This document shows, piece by piece, positions 47,391 through 56,813 of a stretch of DNA of 64,000 nt. Numbering within the stretch: the stretch's first letter is position 1; every line of letters starts with the position of its first letter. The notes under the pieces were generated by a model that was not told the DNA's origin, made no database searches, and saw nothing but the letters and a program-made list of their open reading frames with translations. The translations under genes and the position numbers were made by a program. The stretch is taken from IMG/VR virus record IMGVR_UViG_3300028558_000791, positions 248,001-312,000 of that record, one strand, 5' to 3'.

Positions 47391-48068
47391 ATGCCAAAAT
47401 TTGATAGTCCAATTGGAAGTAAACAGTTTCAGGGTCCACCTATGAAAGAATTCAATGTCCCTGATGATAGTGGTTATGAGCAACCACCACAGAGACAAAT
47501 GCGTACACCGCATGAACCTATTCCAGCTTTTGATGAAAGAGCTATGAGAGAATTTCAGGGTCAAATGCAACCGCCTCAACAAGGTGGTGTAAGAGAAATG
47601 TCAGATATCGAGAAAGAGATTCACGCAGCCAAGAAGGCTAAGCGTGAGGGTAAAGAAAGGCTATCTGACGGCGCTAGACGACGTATAGAAATGCTGATCG
47701 GTATGACCAGACTCTCCAAGGAGATCGATGTTGGCGGACAAATGTATAAGTTGCAGACGCTAACCTCTCAAGAGTTGCGTGATGCTGTTGTTGCTACAGC
47801 CGAGTTTGATGGTTCTGTCCAGTTTATCTTCGAGAATAGAAAGCAGCTTCTTGCTAGGGCTATTGTTGTTGTAGCCGGTGTTCCTATTGATCAATTCCTT
47901 AATTCTAATGAGCTAGATGCTAAGCTAGAGTTTATCGAGTTACTAGACCATGCCTTATTACATAGATTATACGGCGAATACATCTCTCTAACACAAGAGG
48001 CTCAGAATAAGTATAGTCCTAAGACTGAAGAGCAAGCTAAGGAGATCGTTGAAGATCTAAAAAAATAA
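47391..48068 (+). CDS. Tail assembly chaperone (G-like)
   Basis: Between tube and tape measure. AGGAG SD before ATG 47391. Ends on the slippery sequence A AAA AAA TAA. Confidence 0.75.
   Translation: MPKFDSPIGSKQFQGPPMKEFNVPDDSGYEQPPQRQMRTPHEPIPAFDERAMREFQGQMQPPQQGGVREMSDIEKEIHAAKKAKREGKERLSDGARRRIEMLIGMTRLSKEIDVGGQMYKLQTLTSQELRDAVVATAEFDGSVQFIFENRKQLLARAIVVVAGVPIDQFLNSNELDAKLEFIELLDHALLHRLYGEYISLTQEAQNKYSPKTEEQAKEIVEDLKK
48059..48065 (+). promoter_or_regulatory. Programmed -1 ribosomal frameshift site
   Basis: CTA AAA AAA TAA; the -1 frame is open and continuous into ORF 48104..48424. Confidence 0.8.
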
Positions 48069-48424
48069 TAAATGAACCGGAACACCGCTTTCATTGGCAT
48101 TTAATGAAGATGAAAAAGACTATTGATGTCGGTGATCCTGAAATTACGGAAATGGACCCGGTTCGTAAAATGTGGCTTTTTGAACAATGGCTAGGAGATC
48201 ACAGAGATGATGCTGAACTAGCTAAAAATCACGCATATCTATTAGGTTCCTTTTGGAATGCTGAGGCTGTTCAACAAATGCTTAATGATAATGTTCATGA
48301 ATCTACTGATGAAGATATGGAAGAATCCATGCGAATGGTCACTGACGGTTTGCCTGGAGTATTTGATATGCCCGAAGAGAAGCCTCTGCCTAAAAGAAAA
48401 CGTAGAGCAATTTTAAAGGAATGA
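48065..48424 (+). CDS. Tail assembly chaperone frameshift extension (T-like)
   Basis: The -1 frame reads IINEPEHRFHWHL then MKMKK... (track ORF 48104). No SD before 48104. Confidence 0.75.
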   Translation: MINEPEHRFHWHLMKMKKTIDVGDPEITEMDPVRKMWLFEQWLGDHRDDAELAKNHAYLLGSFWNAEAVQQMLNDNVHESTDEDMEESMRMVTDGLPGVFDMPEEKPLPKRKRRAILKE

Positions 48425-48427
48425 TAA

Positions 48428-50785
48428 ATGGCCGCCGGTGACCCAACAGATCCAACAGCAACAGACCCAACAGTAGTAGCCCCTAACACCGATCAGTTAG
48501 AGGCTTGGAGGTCATATAACGAATATACTGCACAGTCTGCATCTAATGTAGATAGTCTCAATAATTTGACTGCTATTTCGAATAGAGCTTTTGATACTTT
48601 GAATACGGGTCTCGAAAAATTGAATATGTCATTCAATTCTTTGGACAACATGACATCTCAGCAAGCAGCCGGATTTGGCGCTTTGAGTACAACTATTTTA
48701 GGAAGCAAAGAAGCTTTTACACAATTAGCGAATGTAGACACTACTAAATTGTTGACTTTTACTGGCCAAGTAAAACAGATGCAGGAAATTTTTAATCAGA
48801 GTCCAACTTATAAGTTATTGAAGAAGGAACTTGATGATGTTACTTCTTCAGCGGCTAAAATGACGGATAAAATTGCTGCCCAAGGTTTGGTTAAAGCTGC
48901 GACTGAAAAGTTCAATGAACTGACTAAAGTAGTATCTGATTCTGCCATGGCCATGTTGACTAGTGCAGATAACTCACTCAGATTACAAAATGCAATGTAT
49001 CAACTAACTATGCAGGCTGGTGATTCCAAAGATTTGTTTAATGGTTTTGGCGGAGTATTTGGAGGAATGAGTCAGAATTTCTCAAATGTTGGTGATGTTA
49101 TGGCCCAGTTTAATAAAGTACTAGAGCATGGGTCTGCAGCATTAGGCGGTAATCAAGAATTAGCTGCCAAATATATGGCCGAGATTAATAAGATGCCTGG
49201 TGGATTCAAAGCTCTAATCGGCCCTTTAACAATAGCAGGTACAGAAACAGATGTTTTGGCAGCAAGCATTCAATATGCAACTGGCGCTGGACGCAAGCAA
49301 GAAGAAGTATTCTCAGATATGTCTAAAGCAATGGCAGAATATAGTATTTCTGGTGGTGATGCTTTAAGATTCTCATCTAGAATATCAGAAGTCGCTAATA
49401 GCGTAGGCGGTCAGTTCAAAGACGTGCAATCAGCACTTCATGATGTTATTGGTGAATTCAAAATGTATGTTAACAGCGGTGCTGATGCTTCTAAGATGAC
49501 TCAAGGTATGTCCGATTCTATGAGAGACTATGTATCTCAACTAACTTCTGTTGGTGTGCCAGCTCAAAATGCCATTGAAATGTTCAAGAACTATTCTAAC
49601 CAACTTAAGAGTATGACTATCGGACAACAGTCTTTCGTATCTACTATGAGTGGTGGTCCTGGTGGACTAAGAGGTGCCCTACAGTTTCAAGATGATTTAG
49701 CTAAGGGTAACTTTGAAAAAATTCAAAAGCAAGTCGAACAGACGCTCAAAAGAACTACTGGACCTCTTATTACAAGAGAAGAAGGCATGAAGAGTGAACA
49801 AGGCGCTGCACAGTATGTTCGCCAGCTACAAGTATTGCAGCAAGGACCACTTGGTGGTATGGCTAAGACTCAGGGTGAAGCTGATTCTTTGATCAGAGCG
49901 ATGAAAGAGGGTAAAGTTTTCGAACCTGAAAAGGGAGATACTCCAGAAAAGACTTTGCAAGATACTATGATCAAGGGGCAAGAATGGCAGAAGGGTTCTT
50001 ATACTGAACTTACTAAAATCAATACTAACTTACAAGCCATGATGCTTAGGGGCGGCACTGCCAATTTAGCAACTACTCAGGGGATGTTTACTGCTGCTGG
50101 TGGTCGTTCTATTCCAGGAGGAAGTGGTACGGGAGCGGGAATTTCTCCAGGCTCACAAGAAAATCTATCGGCTTCACAAAGAGCTATAAATATCGCCGCT
50201 CCAAACTCGGAAGTATTCAAACAGACCGCAGATGCAGTTAAAAATCTTCCTAAAACTTTTCAAGACGCCTGGAAGAGCTTCAAAGAAGCTATTAGTGGTG
50301 GCAACAAAGAGTCTATTCAGCAAGCTAATGATAAGCTATTAGCAGCCGTTAAAGATGCAAAAGCTACTGGTAATATGACAGATAAACAAAAGGGTTCTCT
50401 AGATGTTTTGCAAAACAACCTATCTGTTACTAAACAAGATAGGGGAGATGCGGCGCCTACTACTGCTGGTCCAACAAATGCTGCAGATAGAGTTACTACC
50501 CCAAAGATGACTTTTGCACCAATAGAAAATTATGCAAGACCAGGACAAAGAATACCAGCCCCACGTCAGCCGGCTACCGCGGCTGCTGGTGCAAATAATA
50601 CGGCACCAGGACAGCAAGGCGGTCTTCAAGGTCAAGGTGCTCCTGGACAACAAGCAGTACCAGTTATGTTAGCGCCTGGTTCTGCAATTACCGTCAACTT
50701 AACCGGTGTTTGTCCACATTGTGGAAAAGACATCAATCACACGCAAGCAAACCGTGGTGTTTCACAGGGAACATCCGCTCCTTAA
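48428..50785 (+). CDS. Tape measure protein
   Basis: 785 aa, Ala/Gln/Met-rich helical composition, directly after the chaperone pair. Confidence 0.75.
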   Translation: MAAGDPTDPTATDPTVVAPNTDQLEAWRSYNEYTAQSASNVDSLNNLTAISNRAFDTLNTGLEKLNMSFNSLDNMTSQQAAGFGALSTTILGSKEAFTQLANVDTTKLLTFTGQVKQMQEIFNQSPTYKLLKKELDDVTSSAAKMTDKIAAQGLVKAATEKFNELTKVVSDSAMAMLTSADNSLRLQNAMYQLTMQAGDSKDLFNGFGGVFGGMSQNFSNVGDVMAQFNKVLEHGSAALGGNQELAAKYMAEINKMPGGFKALIGPLTIAGTETDVLAASIQYATGAGRKQEEVFSDMSKAMAEYSISGGDALRFSSRISEVANSVGGQFKDVQSALHDVIGEFKMYVNSGADASKMTQGMSDSMRDYVSQLTSVGVPAQNAIEMFKNYSNQLKSMTIGQQSFVSTMSGGPGGLRGALQFQDDLAKGNFEKIQKQVEQTLKRTTGPLITREEGMKSEQGAAQYVRQLQVLQQGPLGGMAKTQGEADSLIRAMKEGKVFEPEKGDTPEKTLQDTMIKGQEWQKGSYTELTKINTNLQAMMLRGGTANLATTQGMFTAAGGRSIPGGSGTGAGISPGSQENLSASQRAINIAAPNSEVFKQTADAVKNLPKTFQDAWKSFKEAISGGNKESIQQANDKLLAAVKDAKATGNMTDKQKGSLDVLQNNLSVTKQDRGDAAPTTAGPTNAADRVTTPKMTFAPIENYARPGQRIPAPRQPATAAAGANNTAPGQQGGLQGQGAPGQQAVPVMLAPGSAITVNLTGVCPHCGKDINHTQANRGVSQGTSAP

Positions 50786-50796
50786 GGATAAACTAA

Positions 50797-51753
50797 ATGG
50801 CAAAATTTTCTCTTGATGACGCTATTGGAGGGATTAACAATATTCAATCCACTCTAAATGGAGCCAATCCAATCACACAAAGCAATTTAGCTTCCTTTGA
50901 ATCTAATGGATTTTTGGTCGCCTCCACTCCATCAGCAGATGGAAATGGATTACCATATACTAAGATTCCTGCTGGCGTAACTGGCCAGATTAGTAGAAAC
51001 ATTATCACTTGGTTCGTTCCACAATTTGGAACTGTCAGAATGTTTATTAACCCACAGAATATCACATATACTCATAAGAAGCTTATTAGCAAAGATAGAA
51101 CTAAGGGTGGGTATACTTTGCAGTATTGGGGAGAAGAGTTAAGTCAACTTAACATTACTGGTACTACTGGAAGCTCAGGTATTGAAGGCATTAATATGCT
51201 TTATGAGCTTTATCGTGCAGAACAGTACGCATTCGATGCTACCGGACTAACACTTGCCGCCAATAATGCCTCTGCTGACCTTGCTAATAATTTGATTCAA
51301 GGTATCGGTGGAGCTATTGGAAAAGCAATTGGTGGAAATAGTGTAACGGCCGCTGCCAGCGGAGCCGGATTACTAGGTGGTATTCTTGGTCTAGACTCTC
51401 CGAACAATAACTTATCAGCTAGAAATATTCCATCACTAGCCTCGGTAGCATTTGGTGTTGAGATGTACTACAATGGTTGGATTTATCGTGGATTTTTTGA
51501 TAGCATGACTATTACGGAAAGAGCAGATAATTTCTTACTCGATTACAATATGATTTTCATGGTCACTCAAAGAAGAGGTTACAGAACCAACTATCTACCA
51601 TTCCACAACAACCCAGCCAGCGGTCCAAGTCAGTATACTACTCCGGGTTCCTTCAACGGAAATACACAAATTAATACAAACGCAAGTATTGGAACAGTCG
51701 CAAATCCTGGCAACTCTGGTGGTATAGTAGGAGCACTAGCAGGATTACTATGA
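50797..51753 (+). CDS. Baseplate tube-initiator-like protein
   Basis: MFINPQNI...RTKGGYTLQYWGE...ITGTTG...YRGFF tube-fold pattern; follows the tape measure gene. Confidence 0.6.
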   Translation: MAKFSLDDAIGGINNIQSTLNGANPITQSNLASFESNGFLVASTPSADGNGLPYTKIPAGVTGQISRNIITWFVPQFGTVRMFINPQNITYTHKKLISKDRTKGGYTLQYWGEELSQLNITGTTGSSGIEGINMLYELYRAEQYAFDATGLTLAANNASADLANNLIQGIGGAIGKAIGGNSVTAAASGAGLLGGILGLDSPNNNLSARNIPSLASVAFGVEMYYNGWIYRGFFDSMTITERADNFLLDYNMIFMVTQRRGYRTNYLPFHNNPASGPSQYTTPGSFNGNTQINTNASIGTVANPGNSGGIVGALAGLL

Positions 51754-54700
51754 GTTTTTTAGGTGACTTAGCAGATCAAATAAGCAGTCAATTTAACTTA
51801 GGAGAAAATACTACTACATCTTTAGATGCCGTCCTTGATGGGCAAAATGTAAAGTATGGCTCTCTAGGAGATTTTGCGTCTCAATTTGACCAATCTGCTG
51901 AAAGAAGGTATGTAGAGGAAGGATATCTAAGAAGAGATCCTTATAATACAGATCCGAAACAATTTGATGTGCTCTGGCAAGAACCAGATGCAACCGTTTT
52001 AATCAAGAAGAGAATGTTCTCATCTATTGCAGAGAACTATCGACCTGACTTTATGGATTCTGATGAAAGACTGTATTACAAAGCTATAAAAGTTCTATTG
52101 CAAAATAAGTGCAATCAAATATCTGCACTTGAGAAGCTTAGTAAGATTCAAAAGGTAACGGCTGCAGTAGGTAATGTTAGCGCTCAATTACTACCACTTA
52201 TTATTACTTTAGGAGATGCTGCCACTGGTGGTACATTTGATAGTGGAAATAATCTATTTGGTTTATTTCCAAGTGGTAATCCATTTACTACACAGGACGC
52301 ATCCAGTTTTATTAAGACGGTAGATAGGCTACGTACCCTACAAGCATTCAATCATACTAACGCGTATACTACTTGGATAACAGATCCAACTAACCTATTT
52401 CAATCCATTTTTGGTTCTGGAACTGGCACTATGGAGATTACTAATTTTACCAGGATTAGTACTACCACCACTACCGATATTAAATCACCTGGTAGATTTT
52501 CTCTTGGCATCACAGACCCTTATGAGTCTATGTTAATTACTGACTATGATATTGAAGTTGCCCTTAGTGATGCGACCAACATGTTCTACAATAATAAGAC
52601 GTATCAATTCGGAGTTACCAGCTCTAATCAAGTCTTGTTAGATCAGCAGAATCAGTTAAATGCTATTAGAAGTGCTAGAAATGCCAGCCCAATTACTTTT
52701 AAAGTAGAACCAGATACTTTACTTGGTAAAAGAGTAAGGGCCATTATTGATCGTTTGGGCGTGGAAATTCAATTCAATTACAATGCACTAGGTGCATTAA
52801 GTTTGGGCGGTACTAGTGGTGTTAATGTAACTGATGACTTTTTAAGAGGCGGAGATATTGCAGGTTATGATGGGCTAGATACTGGACCAGGATTCACCGG
52901 CTACCCTTGGAAGAATAATGCTAAAAGTAAGAGTCATGGTAATTCGGAACTACAAGCATTCCAATCAATCATCAGTACTATTTACTCTCAATTAACATTG
53001 TTAGCTAATGCTGCCGGCAATTTTACTGCAAACAACAAGTCCTATAATTATGCTCGTAGGAAGTTGCGCTTCAATTTTTCTGGTAAACTAATCATCCAAC
53101 CTATGGACGTAGCTCACGTTTATATGAAATCAAAGAGTCAGTTCGATAGTAAGGTGTTATCCGGATTGACACAAATGTTTAGTGGATTTGGTATCTTACA
53201 GAATATCAATAATACGGTTACTGGATTTAAAAACGAACTAAGCACTCTTTTCAACCCAAGTAAAAATACCGCCGTACAAGCAGAGAAAAATATGTTTGTA
53301 GGTCCCGATTTCCCAAGTTATCTTTGGGCCACTGTAAGAGGACAGTTTACTTCTGAAAATGAAGGCACTCATGTTTTTGGTGGTGTAGTAGAGTCAGCAC
53401 TAGATAGCTGGAGTGGCGGTAAGTTTACTATTGATGTGAGTGGTAGTGATAATTCTTTGTACTTTAGACAAGGTAAAGTTAATTTCAAACCTGGAGCTAA
53501 TGCTTTCAACGGAATGATTTTCGATCCATTGACTCCATTCAAATCTAATTTTGATGACGTCTCTACCAATGGTTCTGTGGCAGGCAATACTCCACAATTA
53601 CTAGATGAAAACGTATATCTACTATCACAAACTGGGGCTGGCTCATTAGCTAAATATAAGTTAGGAGCGTTAGCTGGGCAGAAAGCTACGCAAGGTAACT
53701 ATATTCAAGATCAAAGCATCGATCCTACTACCGGAAGATTAACTAGAGTATTTTATGCACCCGATGGTTTAGCTTACAAATGGAAACAGGGCATTGGAAT
53801 TTTTGTGCAGAATGGTTCCATCAATACTATCAATGATCCTAATTTGGTTGGTATCACTAATCCATATCAGCAGCCATTTGCCGGCCTTGATGTTATGAAT
53901 GTTTTGTCATTATTGATTACTGGCATTCCATACAACTACGCCACTTATTTCAAAACCACTCAAAATCTTTACGGTATTAATGGAGATCCTCAAAGTAAAC
54001 AGGATCCATCATACTCATTTATCAATTCACTTAGAAGTAGTTTATCTAAAACAAATACTCTATGGGGTAATTTCATACCTTTCAAAAATTTGATCATGAG
54101 CGATGCAGCTATTGCACAATCTATGCAAGCACAGGCTACTATTACGCAAAAGAATTCCGATTTGGATGGCAAGCTACAGAAGCTTGCAGATTTGCAAAAG
54201 ACGTTGGTTAGCTTAGGAGCAATTAATGCCTTCTCTACAAGCCTACCATCTCAGATTAATGAAGTCTCGGCGTCTAGAGAAAAAGAGCTTCAAGCGCAAA
54301 CTAAGGCACTTAGAAAAGATATTGATGATACCATCTTGTCTTTTCAGTCAGCCACTAAACAGTTTTTCAACCAAGTTAATACTAGTCCTTCTGCCGACAG
54401 CAACTATCTGATTAACGGTAAGAACAACCCATCTGATTCAAAGAGTCGTAAAGAATTACGTAAACAGACTAACTATCTAACTAGGCGCATGTCTTATGAT
54501 GTAAGAGGTAACTCTGACAAAAACCTATTTATAGTAGATGATTACTATGACGTAGACTATGATATTGCAGCTTTCAATAAAGCACTCGCAAAAGGTGTAG
54601 AGACATACTCTACAGAATATAGTGATGTGGCCTCTCAAATCACACATGTGGCCGATCTATTGAATCTAGAAGTATTCTGTGATTCTCAGGGGCATATTCG

Positions 54701-56813
54701 TGTAAGACCGCCACAGTATAATAGAATGCCAAGCTCAGTATTCAATAGAATGCTTTATTTGAAGCATGCGCTAGGCGTTCAAATCTTCCCGGACTTTCTT
54801 AATAGTCTATTCGTAGATCAAATCGATACTATTAAGAATCGTATTGAAGTAATTGAAGACCAAATTAGATTAGACTGCGCAATTTTAGGAGCTTATCCTT
54901 CAGCAGATTTTGAAGGAGATAAAGCGGCCACGGCATTTCTATTCGAGTCTTCTGTAAATGCTGGTACTGGAGCGGTATTCCAGTTTGTTTCAGATTCAAG
55001 CGGCAATATTTCTGATAACAAGAATCTAATTCTTGCTGCCAATCCAAGTACAGCAAGTGCGGCGGCTGACTTAGCGCTTGATAATTTTGGTGCTGTGAAG
55101 AGTGCTGGAACTTCCAATAAAACTCTATTTTCAAGCGCTGAAAAATATTACATCCTTCAGCAAGCATTAGAACAGCAGAATTTAAAGCAAGATGGAAACA
55201 ACACTTCTAGTGCACCATCTACTTCCGTTTTTCAACAGAGTACCGTACAAGTACTAATGACTCGTATTCAAACCAAATCTGGACAATATATTTCCAGTAA
55301 AGACTATTTAATAGACCGCGGGCCTAACCAAGCTGTAGAATTAGATACTGGAAAAACTATTGATGTTTTCAAAGTAACTAATGAACTAGCTGCTTATGTA
55401 CAAGAATGGCAATCGGCAGTTAAACTATTCTATCATGTAATAAAGAATGCTGTAGAATTTAAGTCTTTGGATAATGATGCTACCACTACTAATTCTTTAT
55501 TGAATCCTGGAAATTTTGATAAGGCATATATACCAGAAGTCTTTGAGCATATGATCGAGGATGAGTCATATGATGATTATGGTCCAGGTTCCGGAAATAG
55601 ATATGTCATTAGACGCTCTCAGATTAGAAGCCTAAGAATTGGTGAACGTGCACCTAATTATACTTCTGTAGAGGTTCATGGTACCCTACCATTTTTCTCC
55701 GAGAATGAAGGCGGTGGTGGTCCGCCTGGATTAAACACGTTCCCAGGTGGTGGTAATGGTTTAGTTACGGCCATTGCAATTGACTATGATATGTGGCGTA
55801 ACTATGGATTCAAACAACCATACACAATTAACGTACCATTTCTAACGGACCCATCATCACAGCTTGGCCCGTATGCAGCTATCATACTTTCGCGTGATAG
55901 ACATAGCGTGCTGAGCGGTACACTTACTATTTCCGGTAATGAGTATATGCAGCCAGGAGAAGTTATCTTCTTAGAAGATCGTAACATGCTATTCTATGTT
56001 AGCTCAGTTACACACGCTCTAGATTTAGGAACTGGATTTACCACTACACTAGAATTAACGTATGGACATGGTATCGGAGAATACATTCCGACTGTTATGG
56101 ATAGCATTGGCAAATTGATTTACAAGAATCAAGAAGTTGCTGATATGGTTATCCACAGACAGAACTCCTCAGCTAATGAGGAAAGTCTTGGAGTAATTCA
56201 AGTGTCTGCCGCCAATACGAGTGCCCCACTAATTCCTACGGGACAGACAAGTAATTTACCTAACCCATTTACCACTACTAATACAAAAGTCTACAACAAT
56301 ATCCTATATAATACGCAGTATATTATCAATCTAAATGGGGCGTCTGGAAATAACGTTAAGGCACGTATAGAGCTGAGAATTTACTATGATAATGCCAATC
56401 CAGTTAACAGTCAGTTAATGAAACAAGCTAATGGTATAGCTAATCAACTTACAGACCCATCTGGCGGCGGTCCAACAGCAATAAGTTATCAGAATCAACC
56501 AGTTCAAAATCAAGGTCTACCGCCTGATTCTGTTAAGGTCATTGCTGTAAATATGGATAATCAAAAATCTAGATTATCACCATCTCAACAAGCTATTGAT
56601 GCAGCAAGGGGACAGATGGCCACTACATCAACCAATGTTGGGTCAGCAAGTTCATCCAATCCAATTGGTAATGATGATGGAACTGATGCATCTGCAATCT
56701 CAGCTAACAATAACGCTTTAAGAAAAGCTCTTTTTAGTTATATTATTGATTGCTGGGTTAGTTTTGAGCAGGTTTCTTCTGCAGTAGCTAGTTCAACAAC
56801 AAATGGGTTATAA
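51750..56813 (+). CDS. Large baseplate hub protein (gp27/gpD-like, with insertions)
   Basis: 1687 aa. EVFCDSQGHIRVRPPQY; GTLTISGNEYMQPGE..FYVSSVTH..FTTTLEL hub motifs. Confidence 0.65.
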   Translation: MSFLGDLADQISSQFNLGENTTTSLDAVLDGQNVKYGSLGDFASQFDQSAERRYVEEGYLRRDPYNTDPKQFDVLWQEPDATVLIKKRMFSSIAENYRPDFMDSDERLYYKAIKVLLQNKCNQISALEKLSKIQKVTAAVGNVSAQLLPLIITLGDAATGGTFDSGNNLFGLFPSGNPFTTQDASSFIKTVDRLRTLQAFNHTNAYTTWITDPTNLFQSIFGSGTGTMEITNFTRISTTTTTDIKSPGRFSLGITDPYESMLITDYDIEVALSDATNMFYNNKTYQFGVTSSNQVLLDQQNQLNAIRSARNASPITFKVEPDTLLGKRVRAIIDRLGVEIQFNYNALGALSLGGTSGVNVTDDFLRGGDIAGYDGLDTGPGFTGYPWKNNAKSKSHGNSELQAFQSIISTIYSQLTLLANAAGNFTANNKSYNYARRKLRFNFSGKLIIQPMDVAHVYMKSKSQFDSKVLSGLTQMFSGFGILQNINNTVTGFKNELSTLFNPSKNTAVQAEKNMFVGPDFPSYLWATVRGQFTSENEGTHVFGGVVESALDSWSGGKFTIDVSGSDNSLYFRQGKVNFKPGANAFNGMIFDPLTPFKSNFDDVSTNGSVAGNTPQLLDENVYLLSQTGAGSLAKYKLGALAGQKATQGNYIQDQSIDPTTGRLTRVFYAPDGLAYKWKQGIGIFVQNGSINTINDPNLVGITNPYQQPFAGLDVMNVLSLLITGIPYNYATYFKTTQNLYGINGDPQSKQDPSYSFINSLRSSLSKTNTLWGNFIPFKNLIMSDAAIAQSMQAQATITQKNSDLDGKLQKLADLQKTLVSLGAINAFSTSLPSQINEVSASREKELQAQTKALRKDIDDTILSFQSATKQFFNQVNTSPSADSNYLINGKNNPSDSKSRKELRKQTNYLTRRMSYDVRGNSDKNLFIVDDYYDVDYDIAAFNKALAKGVETYSTEYSDVASQITHVADLLNLEVFCDSQGHIRVRPPQYNRMPSSVFNRMLYLKHALGVQIFPDFLNSLFVDQIDTIKNRIEVIEDQIRLDCAILGAYPSADFEGDKAATAFLFESSVNAGTGAVFQFVSDSSGNISDNKNLILAANPSTASAAADLALDNFGAVKSAGTSNKTLFSSAEKYYILQQALEQQNLKQDGNNTSSAPSTSVFQQSTVQVLMTRIQTKSGQYISSKDYLIDRGPNQAVELDTGKTIDVFKVTNELAAYVQEWQSAVKLFYHVIKNAVEFKSLDNDATTTNSLLNPGNFDKAYIPEVFEHMIEDESYDDYGPGSGNRYVIRRSQIRSLRIGERAPNYTSVEVHGTLPFFSENEGGGGPPGLNTFPGGGNGLVTAIAIDYDMWRNYGFKQPYTINVPFLTDPSSQLGPYAAIILSRDRHSVLSGTLTISGNEYMQPGEVIFLEDRNMLFYVSSVTHALDLGTGFTTTLELTYGHGIGEYIPTVMDSIGKLIYKNQEVADMVIHRQNSSANEESLGVIQVSAANTSAPLIPTGQTSNLPNPFTTTNTKVYNNILYNTQYIINLNGASGNNVKARIELRIYYDNANPVNSQLMKQANGIANQLTDPSGGGPTAISYQNQPVQNQGLPPDSVKVIAVNMDNQKSRLSPSQQAIDAARGQMATTSTNVGSASSSNPIGNDDGTDASAISANNNALRKALFSYIIDCWVSFEQVSSAVASSTTNGL

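Noticed and set aside
36602-56813. Inteins or introns in the very large structural genes
   Set aside because: No intein terminal motifs, LAGLIDADG motifs or ORF interruptions were recognised by eye. An HMM search would be needed to exclude them fully.
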